Source of the DNA: Eledone cirrhosa
Lineage: Eukaryota
Direction: 5' to 3'
Length of the DNA stretch: 64,000 nucleotides
Assembly (NCBI GenBank): GCA_964016885.1
Contig: OZ024758.1
Coordinates: 31,496,001 to 31,560,000 of the forward strand
Part shown: positions 27,801 through 41,000 of the stretch, one piece after another
Layout: each line of letters opens with the position of its first letter
Position numbering within the stretch: the first letter of the stretch is position 1
Position numbers and translations under genes: made by a program
Notes under the pieces: model-generated
The model's input: only the letters and a program-made list of their open reading frames with translations
The model's database searches: none
What the model was told of the DNA's origin: nothing

Positions 27801-30800
27801 GGGGAAGGTCTATGTCCTACAATGGACAATAGATGACAGCTGGGGGAAGGTCTATGTCCTACAATGGACAATAGATGACACAGCTGGGGGAAGGTCTATG
27901 TCCTACAATGGACAATAGGTGACAGCTGGGGGAAGGTCTATGTCCTACAATAGACAATAGATGACAGCTAAGGGAAGGTCTATGTCCTACAATGGACAAT
28001 AGATGTCAGCTGGGGGAAGGTCTATGTCCTACAATAGACAATAGATGACAGCTGGGGAAAGGTCTATGTCCTACAATAGACAATAAATAACAGCTGGGGA
28101 AGGTCTATGTCTTACAATAGACAATATATGTCAGCTGGGGGAAGGTCTATGTCCTACAATAGACAATAGATGTCAGCTGGGGCAAGGTCTATGTCCTACA
28201 ATAGACAATAGATGACAGCTGGGGGACGGTCTATGTCCTACAATGGACAGTAGATGTCAGCTGGGGGAACGTCTATGTCCTACAATAGACAATAGATGAC
28301 AGCTGGGGAAAGGTCTATGTCCTACAATAGACAATAGATGACAGCTGGGGGAAGGTCTATGTCCTACAATAAACAATAGATGTCAGCTGGGGGAAGGTCT
28401 ATGTCCTACAATAGACAATAGATGACAGCTGGGGGAAGGTCTATGTCCTACAATAAACAATAGATGTCAGCTGGGGGAAGGTCTATGTCCTACAATAGAC
28501 AATAGATGTCAGCTGGAGCAAGGTCTATGTCCTACAATAGACAGTAGATGACACAGCTGGGAGAAGGTCTATGTCCTACAATGGACAATAGCTGACACAG
28601 CTGGGAGAAGGTCTATGTCCTACAATAGACAATAGATGTCAGCTGGGGGAAGGTCTATGTCCTACAATGGACAATAGATGACAACGCTGGGGGAAGGTCT
28701 ATGTCCTACAATGGACAATAGATGACACAGCTGGGAGAAGGTGTATGTCCTACAATGGAGAATAGATGACAGCTGGGGGAAGGTCTATATCCTACAATGG
28801 ACAATAGATGACACAGCTGGGAGAAGGTGTATGTCCTACAATAGACAATAGATGACACAGCTGGGAGAAGGTCTATGTCCTACAATAGACAAGAGATGTC
28901 AGCTGGGGGAAGGTCTATGTCCTACAATAGACAATAGATGACACAGCTGGTAGAAGGTCTATGTCCTACAATAGACAATAGATGACACAGCTGGGGGAAG
29001 GTCTATGTCCTACAATGGACAATAGATGACACAGCTGGGGGAAGGTCTATGTCCTACAATGGACAATAGATGACACAGCTGGGGGAAGGTCTATGTCCTA
29101 CAATGGACAATAGATGACAGCTGGGAGAAGGTCTATGTCCTACAATAGACAATAGATGACAGCTGGGGGAAGGGCTATGTCCTACAATAGACAATAGATG
29201 ACAGCTGGGGGAAGGTCTATGTCCTGCAGTGGACAATAGATGACACAGCTGGGAGAAGGTCTATGTCCTACAATAGACAATAGATGTCAGCTGGGGGAAG
29301 GTGTATGTCCGACAATGGACAATAGATGTCAGCTGGGGCAAGGTCTATGTCCTACAATAGACAATAGATGTCAGCTGGGGGAAGGTCTGTGTCCTACAAT
29401 AGACAATAGATGTCAGCTGGGGCAAGGTCTATGTCCTACAATAGACAATAGATGTCAGCTGGGGGAAGGTCTATGTCCTACAATGGACAATAGATGTCAG
29501 CTGGGGGAAGGTCTATGTCCTACAATGGACAATAGATGTCAGCTGGGGGAAGGTCTATGTCCTACAATAGACAATAGATGTCAGCTGGGGGAAGGTCTAT
29601 GTCCTACAATAGACAATAGATGTCAGCTGGGGCAAGGTCTATGTCCTACAATGGACAATAGATGTCAGCTGGGGGAAGGTCTATGTCCTACAATAGACAA
29701 TAGATGTCAGCTGGGGCAAGGTCTATGTCCTACAATGGACAATAGACGACAGCTGGGGGAAGGTCTATGTCCTGCAATGGACAATAGATGAGAGCTGGGG
29801 CAAGGTCTATGTCCTACAATGGACAATAGATGTCAGCTGGGGCAAGTTCTATGTCCTACAATGGACAATAGATGTCAGCTGGGGCAAGGTCTATGTCCTA
29901 CAATAGACAATAGATGTCAGCTAGGGGAAGGTCTATGTCCTACAATGGACAATAGATGTCAGCTGCGGGAAGGTCTATGTCCTACAATGGACAATAGATG
30001 TCAGCTGGGGGAAGGTCTATGTCCTACAATGGACAATAGATGTCACAGCTGGGGGAAGGTCTATGTCCTACAATGGACAATAGATGTCAGCTGGGGCAAG
30101 GTCTATGTCCTACAATGGACAATAGATGTCAGCTGGGGGAAGGTCTATGTCCTACAATAGACAATAGATGTCAGCTGGGGCAAGGTATATGTCCTACAAT
30201 GGACAATAGATGACACAGCTGGGGGAAGGTCTATGTCCTACAATGGACAATAGATGACACAGCTGGGAGAAGGTATATGTCCTACAATGGACAATAGATG
30301 ACACAGCTGGTGGAAGGTCTATGTCCTACAATGGACAATAGATGACACAGCTGGGGGAAGGTCTATGTCCTACAATGGACAATAGATGACACAGCTGGGA
30401 GAGGGTCTATATCCTACAATGGACAAGAGATGACAGCTGGGGGAAGGTCTATGTCCTACAATGGACAATAGATGACACAGCTGGGGGAAGGTCTATGTCC
30501 TACAATAGACAATAGATGACACAGCAGGGAGAAGATCTATGTCCTACAATAGACAATAGATGTCAGCTGTGGGAAGGTCTATGTCCTACAATGGACAATA
30601 AATGACACAGCTGGGAGAAGGTCTATGTCCTACAATAGACAATAGATGTCAGCTGGGGGAAGGTCTATGTCCTACAATGGACAATAAATGACAGAGCTGG
30701 GAGTAGGTCTATGTCCTACAATAGACAATAGATGACACAGCTGGGGGAAGGTCTATGTCCTACAATAGACAATAGATGACACAGCTGGGGGAAGGTCTAT

Positions 30801-31789
30801 GTCCTACAATAGACAATAGATGACACAGCTGGGGGAAGATCTATATCCTACAGTAGACAATAGATGTCAGCTGGGGGAAGGTCTATGTCCTACAATGGAC
30901 AATAGATGACACAGCTGGGGGAAGGTCTATGTCCTACAATAGACAATAGATGTCAGCTGGGGGAAGGTCTATGTCCTACAATGGACAATAAATGACAGAG
31001 CTGGGAGAAGGTCTATGTCCTACAATAGACAATAGATGACACAGCTGGGGGAAGGTCTATGTCCTACAATGGACAATAGATGTCAGCTGGGGCAAGGTCT
31101 ATGTCCTACAATAGACAATAGATGTCAGCTGGGGGAAGGTCTATGTCCTACAATGGACAATAGATGACAGCTGGGGGAAGGTCTTTGTCCTACAATGGAC
31201 AATAGATGTCAGCTGGGGCAAGGTCTATGTCCTACAATGGACAATAGATGTCAGCTGGGGCAAGATCTATGTCCTACAATGGACAATAGATGTCAGCTGG
31301 GGCAAGGTCTATGTCCTACAATAGACAATAGATGACAGCTGGGGCAAGGTCTATGTTCTACAATGGACAATAGATGTCAGCTGCGGCAAGGTCTATGTCC
31401 TATAATAGACAATAGATGACACAGCTGGGGGAAGGTCTATGTCCTACAATGGACAATAGATGACAGCTGGGGGAAGGTCTATGTCCTACAATGGACAATA
31501 GATGACACAGCTGGGGGAAGGTCTATGTCCTACAATGGACAATAGATGACAGCTGGGGGAAGGTCTATGTCCTACAATAGACAATAGATGTCAGCTGGGG
31601 GAAGGTCTATGTCCTACAATAGACAATAGATGTCAGCTGGGGCAAGGTCTATGTCCTACAATGGACAATAGATGTCAGCTGGGGGAAGGTCTATGTCCTA
31701 CAATAGACAATAGATGTCAGCTGGGGCAAGGTATATGTCCTACAATGGACAATAGACGACAGCTGGGGGAAGGTCTATGTCCTGCAATG

Positions 31790-33680
31790 GACAATAGATG
31801 ACAGCTGGGGCAAGGTCTATGTCCTACAATGGACAATAGATGTCAGCTGGGGCAAGTTCTATGTCCTACAATGGACAATAGATGTCAGCTGGGGCAAGGT
31901 CTATGTCCTACAATAGACAGTAGATGTCAGCTAGGGGAAGGTCTATGTCCTACAATGGACAATAGATGTCAGCTGCGGGAAGGTCTATGTCCTACAATGG
32001 ACAATAGATGTCAGCTGGGGGAAGGTCTATGTCCTACAATAGACAATAGATGTCAGCTGGGGCAAGGTCTATGTCCTACAATAGACAATAGATGACACAG
32101 CTGGGAGAAGATCTATGTCCTACAATAGACAATAGATGTCAGCTGGGGGAAGGTCTATGTCCTACAATGGACAATAAATGACACAGCTGGGAGAAGGTCT
32201 ATGTCCTACAATAGACAATAGATGTCAGCTGGGGGAAGGTCTATGTCCTACAATGGACAATAAATGACAGAGCTGGGAGTAGGTCTATGTCCTACAATAG
32301 ACAATAGATGACACAGCTGGGGGAAGGTCTATGTCCTACAATAGACAATAGATGACACAGCTGGGGGAAGGTCTATGTCCTACAATAGACAATAGATGAC
32401 ACAGCTGGGGGAAGATCTATATCCTACAGTAGACAATAGATGTCAGCTGGGGGAAGGTCTATGTCCTACAATGGACAATAGATGACACAGCTGGGGGAAG
32501 GTCTATGTCCTACAATAGACAATAGATGTCAGCTGGGGGAAGGTCTATGTCCTACAATGGACAATAAATGACAGAGCTGGGAGAAGGTCTATGTCCTACA
32601 ATAGACAATAGATGACACAGCTGGGGGAAGGTCTATGTCCTACAATGGACAATAGATGTCAGCTGGGGCAAGGTCTATGTCCTACAATAGACAATAGATG
32701 TCAGCTGGGGGAAGGTCTATGTCCTACAATGGACAATAGATGACAGCTGGGGCAAGGTCTATGTCCTACAATGGACAATAGATGTCAGCTGGGGCAAGTT
32801 CTATGCCCTACAATGGACAATAGATGTCAGCTGGGGCAAGGTCTATGTCCTACAATAGACAGTAGATGTCAGCTAGGGGAAGGTCTATGTCCTACAATGG
32901 ACAATAGATGTCAGCTGCGGGAAGGTCTATGTCCTACAATGGACAATAGATGTCAGCTAGGAGAAGGTCTATGTCCTACAATAGACAATAGATGTCAGCT
33001 GGGGCAAGGTCTATGTCCTACAATAGACAATAGATGACACAGCTGGGAGAAGATCTATGTCCTACAATAGACAATAGATGTCAGCTGGGGGAAGGTCTAT
33101 GTCCTACAATGGACAATAAATGACACAGCTGGGAGAAGGTCTATGTCCTACAATAGACAATAGATGTCAGCTGGGGGAAGGTCTATGTCCTACAATGGAC
33201 AATAAATGACAGAGCTGGGAGTAGGTCTATGTCCTACAATAGACAATAGATGACACAGCTGGGGGAAGGTCTATGTCCTACAATAGACAATAGATGACAC
33301 AGCTGGGGGAAGGTCTATGTCCTACAATAGACAATAGATGACACAGCTGGGGGAAGATCTATATCCTACAGTAGACAATAGATGTCAGCTGGGGGAAGGT
33401 CTATGTCCTACAATGGACAATAGATGACACAGCTGGGGGAAGGTCTATGTCCTACAATAGACAATAGATGTCAGCTGGGGGAAGGTCTATGTCCTACAAT
33501 GGACAATAAATGACAGAGCTGGGAGAAGGTCTATGTCCTACAATAGACAATAGATGACACAGCTGGGGGAAGGTCTATGTCCTACAATGGACAATAGATG
33601 TCAGCTGGGGCAAGGTCTATGTCCTACAATAGACAATAGATGTCAGCTGGGGGAAGGTCTATGTCCTACAATGGACAATA
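31790..33680 (+). repeat. Adjacent duplication of a 942-bp (22-monomer) block
   Basis: ORFs 31829 and 32771 have identical translations and are offset by 942. Both carry the rare GACAGTAG variant, and the downstream marker order is the same. Confidence 0.9.
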
Positions 33681-36009
33681 GATGACAGCTGGGGGAAGGT
33701 CTTTGTCCTACAATGGACAATAGATGTCAGCTGGGGCAAGGTCTATGTCCTACAATGGACAATAGATGTCAGCTGGGGCAAGGTCTATGTCCTACAATGG
33801 ACAATAGATGTCAGCTGGGGCAAGGTCTATGTCCTACAATTGACAATAGATGTCAGCTGGGGCAAGGTCTATGTCCTACAATGGACAATAGATGTCAGCT
33901 GGGGGAAGGTCTATGTCCTACAATAGACAATATATGTCAGCTAGGGCAAGGTCTATGTCCTACAATGGACCATAGACGACAGCTGGGGGAAGGTCTATGT
34001 CCTGCAATGTACAATAGATGACAGCTGGGGCAAGGTCTATGTCCTACGATGGACAATAGATGTCAGCTGGGGCAAGTTCTATGTCCTACAATGGACAATA
34101 GATGTCAGCTGGGGCAAGGTCTATGTCCTACAATAGACAATAGATGTCAGCTAGGGGAAGGTCTATGTCCTACAATGGACAATAGATGTCAGCTGCGGGA
34201 AGGTCTATGTCCTACAATGGACAATAGATGTCAGCTGGGGGAAGGTCTATGTCCTACAATGGACAATAGATGTCACAGCTGGGGGAAGGTCTATGTCCTA
34301 CAATGGACAATAGATGTCAGCTGGGGCAAGGTCTATGTCCTACAATGGACAATAGATGTCAGCTGGGGGAAGGTCTATGTCCTACAATGGACAAGAGATG
34401 TCACAGCTGGGGGAAGGTCTATGTCCTACAATGGACAATAGATGTCAGATGGGGGAAGGTCTATGTCCTACAATAGACAATAGATGTCAGCTGGGGCAAG
34501 GTATATGTCCTACAATGGACAATAGATGACACAGCTGAGGGAAGGTCTATGTCCTACAATAGACAATAGATGTCAGCTGGGGCAAGGTCTATGTCCTATA
34601 ATAGACAATAGATGACACAGCTGGGAGAAGGTCTATGTCCTACAATAGACAATAGATGACACAGCTGGGAGAAGATCTATGTCCTAAAATAGACACTAGA
34701 TGTCAGCTGGGGGAAGGTCTATGTCCTACAATGGACAATAAATGACACAGCTGGGAGAAGGTCTATGTCCTACAATAGACAATAGATGTCAGCTGGGGGA
34801 AGGTCTATGTCCTACAATGGACAATAAATGACAGAGCTGGGAGTAGGTCTATGTCCTACAATAGACAATAGATGACACAGCTGGGGGAAGGTCTATGTCC
34901 TACAATAGACAATAGATGACACAGCTGGGGGAAGGGCTATGTCCTACAATAGACAATAGATGACACAGCTGGGGAAAGATCTATATCCTACAGTAGACAA
35001 TAGATGTCAGCTGGGGGAAGGTCTATGTCCTACAATGGACAATAGATGTCAGCTGGGGCAAGGTCTATGTCCTACAATAGACAATAGATGTCAGCTGGGG
35101 GAAGGTCTATGTCCTACAATGGACAATAGATGACAGCTGGGGGGAGGTCTTTGTCCTACAGTGGACAATAGATGTCAGCTGGGGCAAGGTCTATGTCCTA
35201 CAATGGACAATAGATGTCAGCTGGGGCAAGGTCTATGTCCTACAATGGACAATAGACGTCAGCTGGGGCAAGGTCTATGTCCTACAATAGACAATAGATG
35301 ACAGCTGGGGCAAGGTCTATGTCCTACAATGGACAATAGATGTCAGCTGGGGCAAAGTATATGTCCTATAATAGACAATAGATGACACAGCTGGGGGAAG
35401 GTCTATGTCCTACAATGGACAATAGATGACAGCTGGGGGAAGGTCTATGTCCTACAATGGACAATAGATGACAGAGCTGGGGGAAGGTCTATGTCCTACA
35501 ATGGACAATAGATGACAGCTGGGGGAAGGTCTATGTCCTACAATAGACAATAGATGACAGCTAAGGGAAGGTCTATGTCCTACAATGGACAATAGATGTC
35601 AGCTGGGGGAAGGTCTATGTCCTACAATAGACAATAGATGACAGCTGGGGAAAGGTCTATGTCCTACAATAGACAATAAATGACAGCTGGGGAAGGTCTA
35701 TGTCTTACAATAGACAATAGATGTCAGCTGGGGGAAGGTCTATGTCCTACAATAGACAATAGATGTCAGCTGGGGCAAGGTCTATGTCCTACAATAGAAT
35801 ATAGATGACAGCTGGGGGACGGTCTATGTCCTACAATGGACAATAGATGTCAGCTGGGGGAACGTCTATGTCCTACAATAGACAATAGATGACAGCTGGG
35901 GAAAGGTCTATGTCCTACAATAGACAATAGATGACAGCTGGGGGAAGGTCTATGTCCTACAATAAACAATAGATGTCAGCTGGGGGAAGGTCTATGTCCT
36001 ACAATGGAC

Positions 36010-36490
36010 AATAGATGACACAGCTGGGGGAAGGTCTATGTCCTACAATGGACAATAGATGACACAGCTGGGGGAAGGACTATGTCCTACAATGGACAAT
36101 AGATGACACAGCTGGGGGAAGGTCTATGTACTACAATGGACAATAGATGACACAGCTGGGGGAAGGTCTATGTCCTACAATGAACAATAGATGACACAGC
36201 TGGGGGCAGGACTATGTCCTACAATGGACAATAGATGACACAGCTGGGGGAAGGTCTATGTCCTACAATGGACAATAGATGACACAGCTGGGGGAAGGTC
36301 TATGTCCTACAATGGACAATAGATGACACAGCTGGGGGAAGGTCTATGTCCTACAATGGACAATAGATGGCACAGCTGGGGGAAGGTCTATGTCCTACAA
36401 TGGACAATAGATGACACAGCTGGGGGAAGGTCTATGTCCTACAATGGACAATAGATGACACAGCTGGGAGAAGGTCTATGTCCTACAATA
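36010..36490 (+). repeat. Run of ~11 consecutive 44-bp, mostly G-allele monomers
   Basis: Consecutive GATGACACAGCTGGGGG junctions, one of them GATGGCAC. Confidence 0.8.
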
Positions 36491-37094
36491 GACAATAGAT
36501 GTCAGCTGGAGCAAGGTCTATGTCCTACAATGGACAATAGATGACACAGCTGGGAGAAGGTCTATGTGCTACAATGCAGAATAGATGACAGCTGGGGGAA
36601 GGTCTATATCCTACAATGGACAATAGATGACACAGTTGGGAGAAGGTCTATGTCCTACAATAGACAATAGATGACACAGCTGGGAGAAGGTCTATGTCCT
36701 ACAAAAGAGAATAGATGTCAGCTGGGGGAAGGTCTATGTCCTACAATGGACAATAGATGACACAGCTGGTAGAAGGTCTATGTCCTACAATAGACAATAG
36801 ATGACACAGCTGGGGGAAGGTCTATGTCCTACAATGGACAATAGATGACACAGCTGGGGGAAGGTCTATGTCCTACAATGGACAATAGATGACACAGGTG
36901 GGGGAAGGTCTATGTCCTACAATGGACAATAGATGACAGCTGGGAGAAGGTCTATGTCCTACAATAGACAATAGATGACAGCTGGGGGAAGGTCTATGTC
37001 CTACAATAGACAATAGATGACAGCTGGGGAAAGGTCTATGTCCTGCAATGGACAATAGATGACACAGCTGGGAGAAGGTCTATGTCCTACAATA

Positions 37095-38070
37095 GACAAT
37101 AGATGTCAGCTGGGGGAAGGTGTATGTCCGACAATGGACAATAGATGTCAGCTGGGGCAAGGTCTATGTCCTACAATAGACAATAGATGTCAGCTGGGGG
37201 AAGGTCTATGTCCTACAATAGACAATAGATGTCAGCTGGGGCAAGGTCTATGTCCTACAATAGACAATAGATGTCAGCTGGGGGAAGGTCTATGTCCTAC
37301 AATGGACAATAGATGTCAGCTGGGGGAAGGTCTATGTCCTACAATGGACAATAGATGTCAGCTGGGGGAAGGTCTATGTCCTACAATAGACAATAGATGT
37401 CAGCTGGGGGAAGGTGTATGTCCGACAATGGACAATAGATATCAGCTGGGGCAAGGTCTATGTCCTACAATAGACAATAGATGTCAGCTGGGGAAAGGTC
37501 TATGTCCTACAATGGACAATAGATGTCAGCTGGGGGAAGGTCTATGTCCTACAATAGACAATAGATGTCAGCTGGGGGAAGGTGTATGTCCGACAATGGA
37601 CAATAGATGTCAGCTGGGGCAAGGTCTATGTCCTACAATAGACAATAGATGTCAGCTGGGGGAAGGTCTATGTCCTACAATAGACAAGAGATGTCAGCTG
37701 GGGCAAGGTCTATGTCCTACAATAGACAATAGATGTCAGCTGGGGGAAGGTCTATGTCCTACAATGGACAATAGATGTCAGCTGGGGGAAGGTCTATGTC
37801 CTACAATGGACAATAGATGTCAGCTGGGGGAAGGTCTATGTCCTACAATAGACAATAGATGTCAGCTGGGGGAAGGTCTATGTCCTACAATAGACAATAG
37901 ATGTCAGCTGGGGCAAGGTCTATGTCCTACAATGGACAATAGATGTCAGCTGGGGGAAGGTCTATGTCCTACAATAGACAATAGATGTCAGCTGGGGCAA
38001 GGTCTGTGTCCTACAATGGACAATAGACGACAGCTGGGGGAAGGTCTATGTCCTGCAATGGACAATAGAT
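37095..38070 (+). repeat. Longest run of 42-mers without a + strand stop (~23 units, nearly all GTC-junction)
   Basis: Underlies the 337-aa ORF 37059..38072. It contains three copies of the GGTGTATGTCCGAC variant, indicating internal re-duplication. Confidence 0.85.
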
Positions 38071-41000
38071 GACAGCTGGGGCAAGGTCTATGTCCTACAA
38101 TGGACAATAGATGTCAGCTGGGGCAAGTTCTATGTCCTACAATGGACAATAGATGTCAGCTGGGGCAAGGTCTATGTCCTACAATAGACAATAGATGTCA
38201 GCTAGGGGAAGGTCTATGTCCTACAATGGACAATAGATGTCAGCTGCGGGAAGGTCTATGTCCTACAATGGACAATAGATGTCAGCTGGGGGAAGGTCTA
38301 TGTCCTACAATGGACAATAGATGTCACAGCTGGGGGAAGGTCTATGTCCTACAATGGACAATAGATGTCAGCTGGGGCAAGGTCTATGTCCTACAATGGA
38401 CAATAGATGTCAGCTGGGGGAAGGTCTATGTCCTACAATGGACAATAGATGTCACAGCTGGGGGAAGGTCTATGTCCTACAATGGACAATAGATGTCAGC
38501 TGGGGAAAGGTCTATGTCCTACAATAGACAATAGATGTCAGCTGGGGCAAGGTCTATGTCCTATAATAGACAATAGATGACACAGCTGGGAGAAGGTCTA
38601 TGTCCTACAATAGACAATAGATGACACAGCTGGGAGAAGGTCTATGTCCTACAATAGACAATAGATGTCAGCTGGGGGAAGGTCTATGTCCTACAATGGA
38701 CAATAAATGACACAGCTGGGAGAAGGTCTATGTCCTACAATAGACAATAGATGTCAGCTGGGGGAAGGTCTATGTCCTACAATGGACAATAAATGACAGA
38801 GCTGGGAGTAGGTCTATGTCCTACTATAGACAATAGATGACACAGCTGGGGGAAGGTCTATGTCCTACAATAGACAATAGATGACACAGCTGGGGGAAGG
38901 TCTATGTCCTACAATAGACAATAGATGACACAGCTGGGGGAAGATCTATATCCTACAGTAGACAATAGATGTCAGCTGGGGGAAGGTCTATGTCCTACAA
39001 TGGACAATAGATGACACAGCTGGGGGAAGGTCTATGTCCTACAATAGACAATAGATGTCAGCTGGGGGAAGGTCTATGTCCTACAATGGACAATAAATGA
39101 CAGAGCTGGGAGAAGGTCTATGTCCTACAATAGACAATAGATGACACAGCTGGGGGAAGGTCTATGTCCTACAATGGACAATAGATGTCAGCTGGGGCAA
39201 GGTCTATGTCCTACAATAGACAATAGATGTCAGCTGGGGGAAGGTCTATGTCCTACAATGGACAATAGATGACAGCTGGGGGAAGGTCTTTGTCCTACAA
39301 TGGACAATAGATGTCAGCTGGGGCAAGGTCTATGTCCTACAATGGACAATAGATGTCAGCTGGGGCAAGGTCTATGTCCTATAATAGACAATAGATGACA
39401 CAGCTGGGGGAAGGTCTATGTCCTACAATGGACAATAGATGACAGCTGGGGGAAGGTCTATGTCCTACAATGGACAATAGATGACACAGCTGGGGGAAGG
39501 TCTATGTCCTACAATGGACAATAGATGACAGCTGGGGGAAGGTCTATGTCCTACAATAGACAATAGATGACAGCTAAGGGAAGGTCTATGTCCTACAATG
39601 GACAATAGATGTCAGCTGGGGGAAGGTCTATGTCCTACAATAGACAATAGATGACAGCTGGGGAAGGTCTATGTCTTACAATAGACAATAGATGTCAGCT
39701 GGGGGAAGGTCTATGTCCTACAATAGACAATAGATGTCAGCTGGGGCAAGGTCTATGTCCTACAATAGACAATAGATGGCAGCTGGGGGACGGTCTATGT
39801 CCTACAATGGACAATAGATGTCAGCTGGGGGAACGTCTATGTCCTACAATAGACAATAGATGACAGCTGGGGAAAGGTCTATGTCCTACAATAGACAATA
39901 GATGACAGCTGGGGGAAGGTCTATGTCCTACAATAAACAATAGATGTCAGCTGGGGGAAGGTCTATGTCCTACAATAGACAATAGATGACAGCTGGGGGA
40001 AGGTCTATGTCCTACAATAAACAATAGATGTCAGCTGGGGGAAGGTCTATGTCCTACAGTGGACAATAGATGACACGGCTGGGGGAAGGTCTATGTCCTA
40101 CAATGGACAATAGATGACACAGATGGGAGAAGGTCTATGTCCTACAATGGACAATAGATGACACAGCTGGGGGGAAGGACTATGTCCTACAATGGACGAT
40201 AGATGACAGCTGGGGGTAAGGTCTATGTCCTACAATGGACGATAGATGACAGCTGGGGGAAGGTCTATGTCCTACAATAGACAATAGATGTCAGCTGGAG
40301 CAAGGTCTATGTCCTACAATGGAAATAGATGTCAGCTGGGGGAAGGTCTATGTCCTACAATGGACAATAGATGACACAGCTGGTAGAAGGTCTATGTCCT
40401 ACAATAGACAATAGATGACACAGCTGGGAGAAGGTCTATGTCCTACAATGGACAATAGATGACACAGCTGGGAGAAGGTCTATGTCCTACAATAGACAAT
40501 AGATGTCAGCTGGGGGAAGGTCTATGTCCTACAATGGACAATAGATGACACAGCCGGTAGAAGGTCTATGTCCTACAATAGACAATAGATGACACAGCTG
40601 GGGGAAGGTCTATATCCTACAATGGACAATAGATGACACAGCTGGGAGAAGGTCTATGTCCTACAATGGAGAATAGATGACAGCTGGAGGAAGGTCTATA
40701 TCCTACAATGGACAATAGATGACACAGCTGGTAGAAGGTCTATGTCCTACAATAGACAATAGATGACACAGCTGGGGGAAGGTCTATGTCCTACAATGGA
40801 CAATAGATGACACAGCTGGGAGAAGGTCTATGTCCTACAATGGAGAATAGATGACAGCTGGGGGAAGGTCTATATCCTACAATGGACAATAGATGACACA
40901 GCTGGGAGAAGGTCTATGTCCTACAATAGACAATAGATGACACAGCTGGGAGAAGGTCTATGTCCTACAATAGACAATAGATGTCAGCTGGGGGAAGGTC

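Noticed and set aside
37059-38072. 337-aa Cys-rich ORF of (CQLGEGLCPTIDNR)n, and all similar + strand ORFs
   Set aside because: These arise wherever GTC-junction 42-mers run without a TGA-containing or 44-bp unit. Homologous HOR copies have stops and frameshifts, there is no unique N- or C-terminus, and variation is not biased to synonymous sites.
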